Both the position numbers and the translations under genes were made by a program. A DNA stretch of 57,628 nucleotides, the filler included, from Streblomastix strix (lineage: Eukaryota): NCBI GenBank assembly GCA_008636045.1. It is 3 parts of 3 records of this genome, joined end to end, with 100 filler letters (N's around TTAATTAATTAA, not from the genome) between each part and the next. Parts side by side here need not be neighbours in the genome. Positions count along the whole stretch, not along the records: positions 38,504 to 57,628 come from SNRW01000543.1; 2 more parts are not named here. One strand, given 5' to 3'. Under the pieces are notes generated by a model. That model was given only the letters and a program-made list of their open reading frames with translations. It was not told the origin of the DNA and searched no databases. Shown piece by piece: positions 57,049 to 57,628 of the stretch (the first letter of the stretch is position 1; every line of letters begins with the position of its first letter).

Positions 57049-57628
57049 ATATTATATTTAAATAGAATTAAACAATTTTTCAGGAAATAATGGATGTTTT
57101 AATTTTTATGCATTTAAAGCCAAATTGATAAAAAAAAGTGAAAATTTTCAATTAACAACCATTTTATAAATAGTTCCGATTTAATTATAAAAAAATATTA
57201 TTTGGCATTATATTATATGTATAATATTTATATATAATATATCATACAATTCCTATTCTGTGTCTAGAAAACTTCCGAGCAAGGACTTATTCTCCCCCTG
57301 TATATCTGAATATTATATTTCTACTATGTAAATAGCTACATCATCTATCTTTATTTAACTCTTTTTCATTGCTTCTCCAAAATTTACTCCATAAAATACT
57401 TTATTCTATAATTATTTTGCTTAGCATTATCGCTATCTCGAAGAGTATAGAGTCTTATTATATTTTAATATATTTGATAGAGGAATATGATAATACATAT
57501 CATTATTATATATATTTTCAAGAAGTAACAGTCATTCTACTCTTTCATTTCCATCTTCATATGGATGTATGTGTTCATATATTAGATAGTATGCAAACAT
57601 AACAATAATCTTATTTAGTTGGCAATAT

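Overview
This is very AT-rich eukaryotic (protist) genomic scaffold DNA, joined across two artificial 100-nt gaps. It is read with a non-standard code: TAA/TAG = Gln, and only TGA stops. The supplied standard-code ORF track is therefore mostly fragments or shadow ORFs. The code, the short GT-AG introns, the NEK-like kinase and the abundance of DIRS elements resemble an oxymonad such as Streblomastix; this is inference only. Host-type genes: two DDB1/RSE1/CPSF1-like beta-propeller genes (one C-terminal half, and one decayed N-terminal half cut off at a transposon), an intron-rich NEK-like kinase fused to four tandem intron-containing helical repeats, a decayed RecQ helicase, and a multi-RRM, Gln-rich gene with in-frame stops. 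Mobile DNA makes up a large share of the window. There are three decayed DIRS-type tyrosine-recombinase retrotransposons (gag, RT/RNase H/adenine-MTase-like, YR); two of them show the ITR plus internal-complementary-region architecture. There is also a Pogo/DDE_1 transposase plus a second remnant, a Tc1 (DD34E) element with TIRs, and a 5.5-kb hAT element carrying an unrecognised two-domain cargo gene. Several short GC-rich hairpin islands remain unexplained. All translations and comparisons were done by eye, with no database searches.
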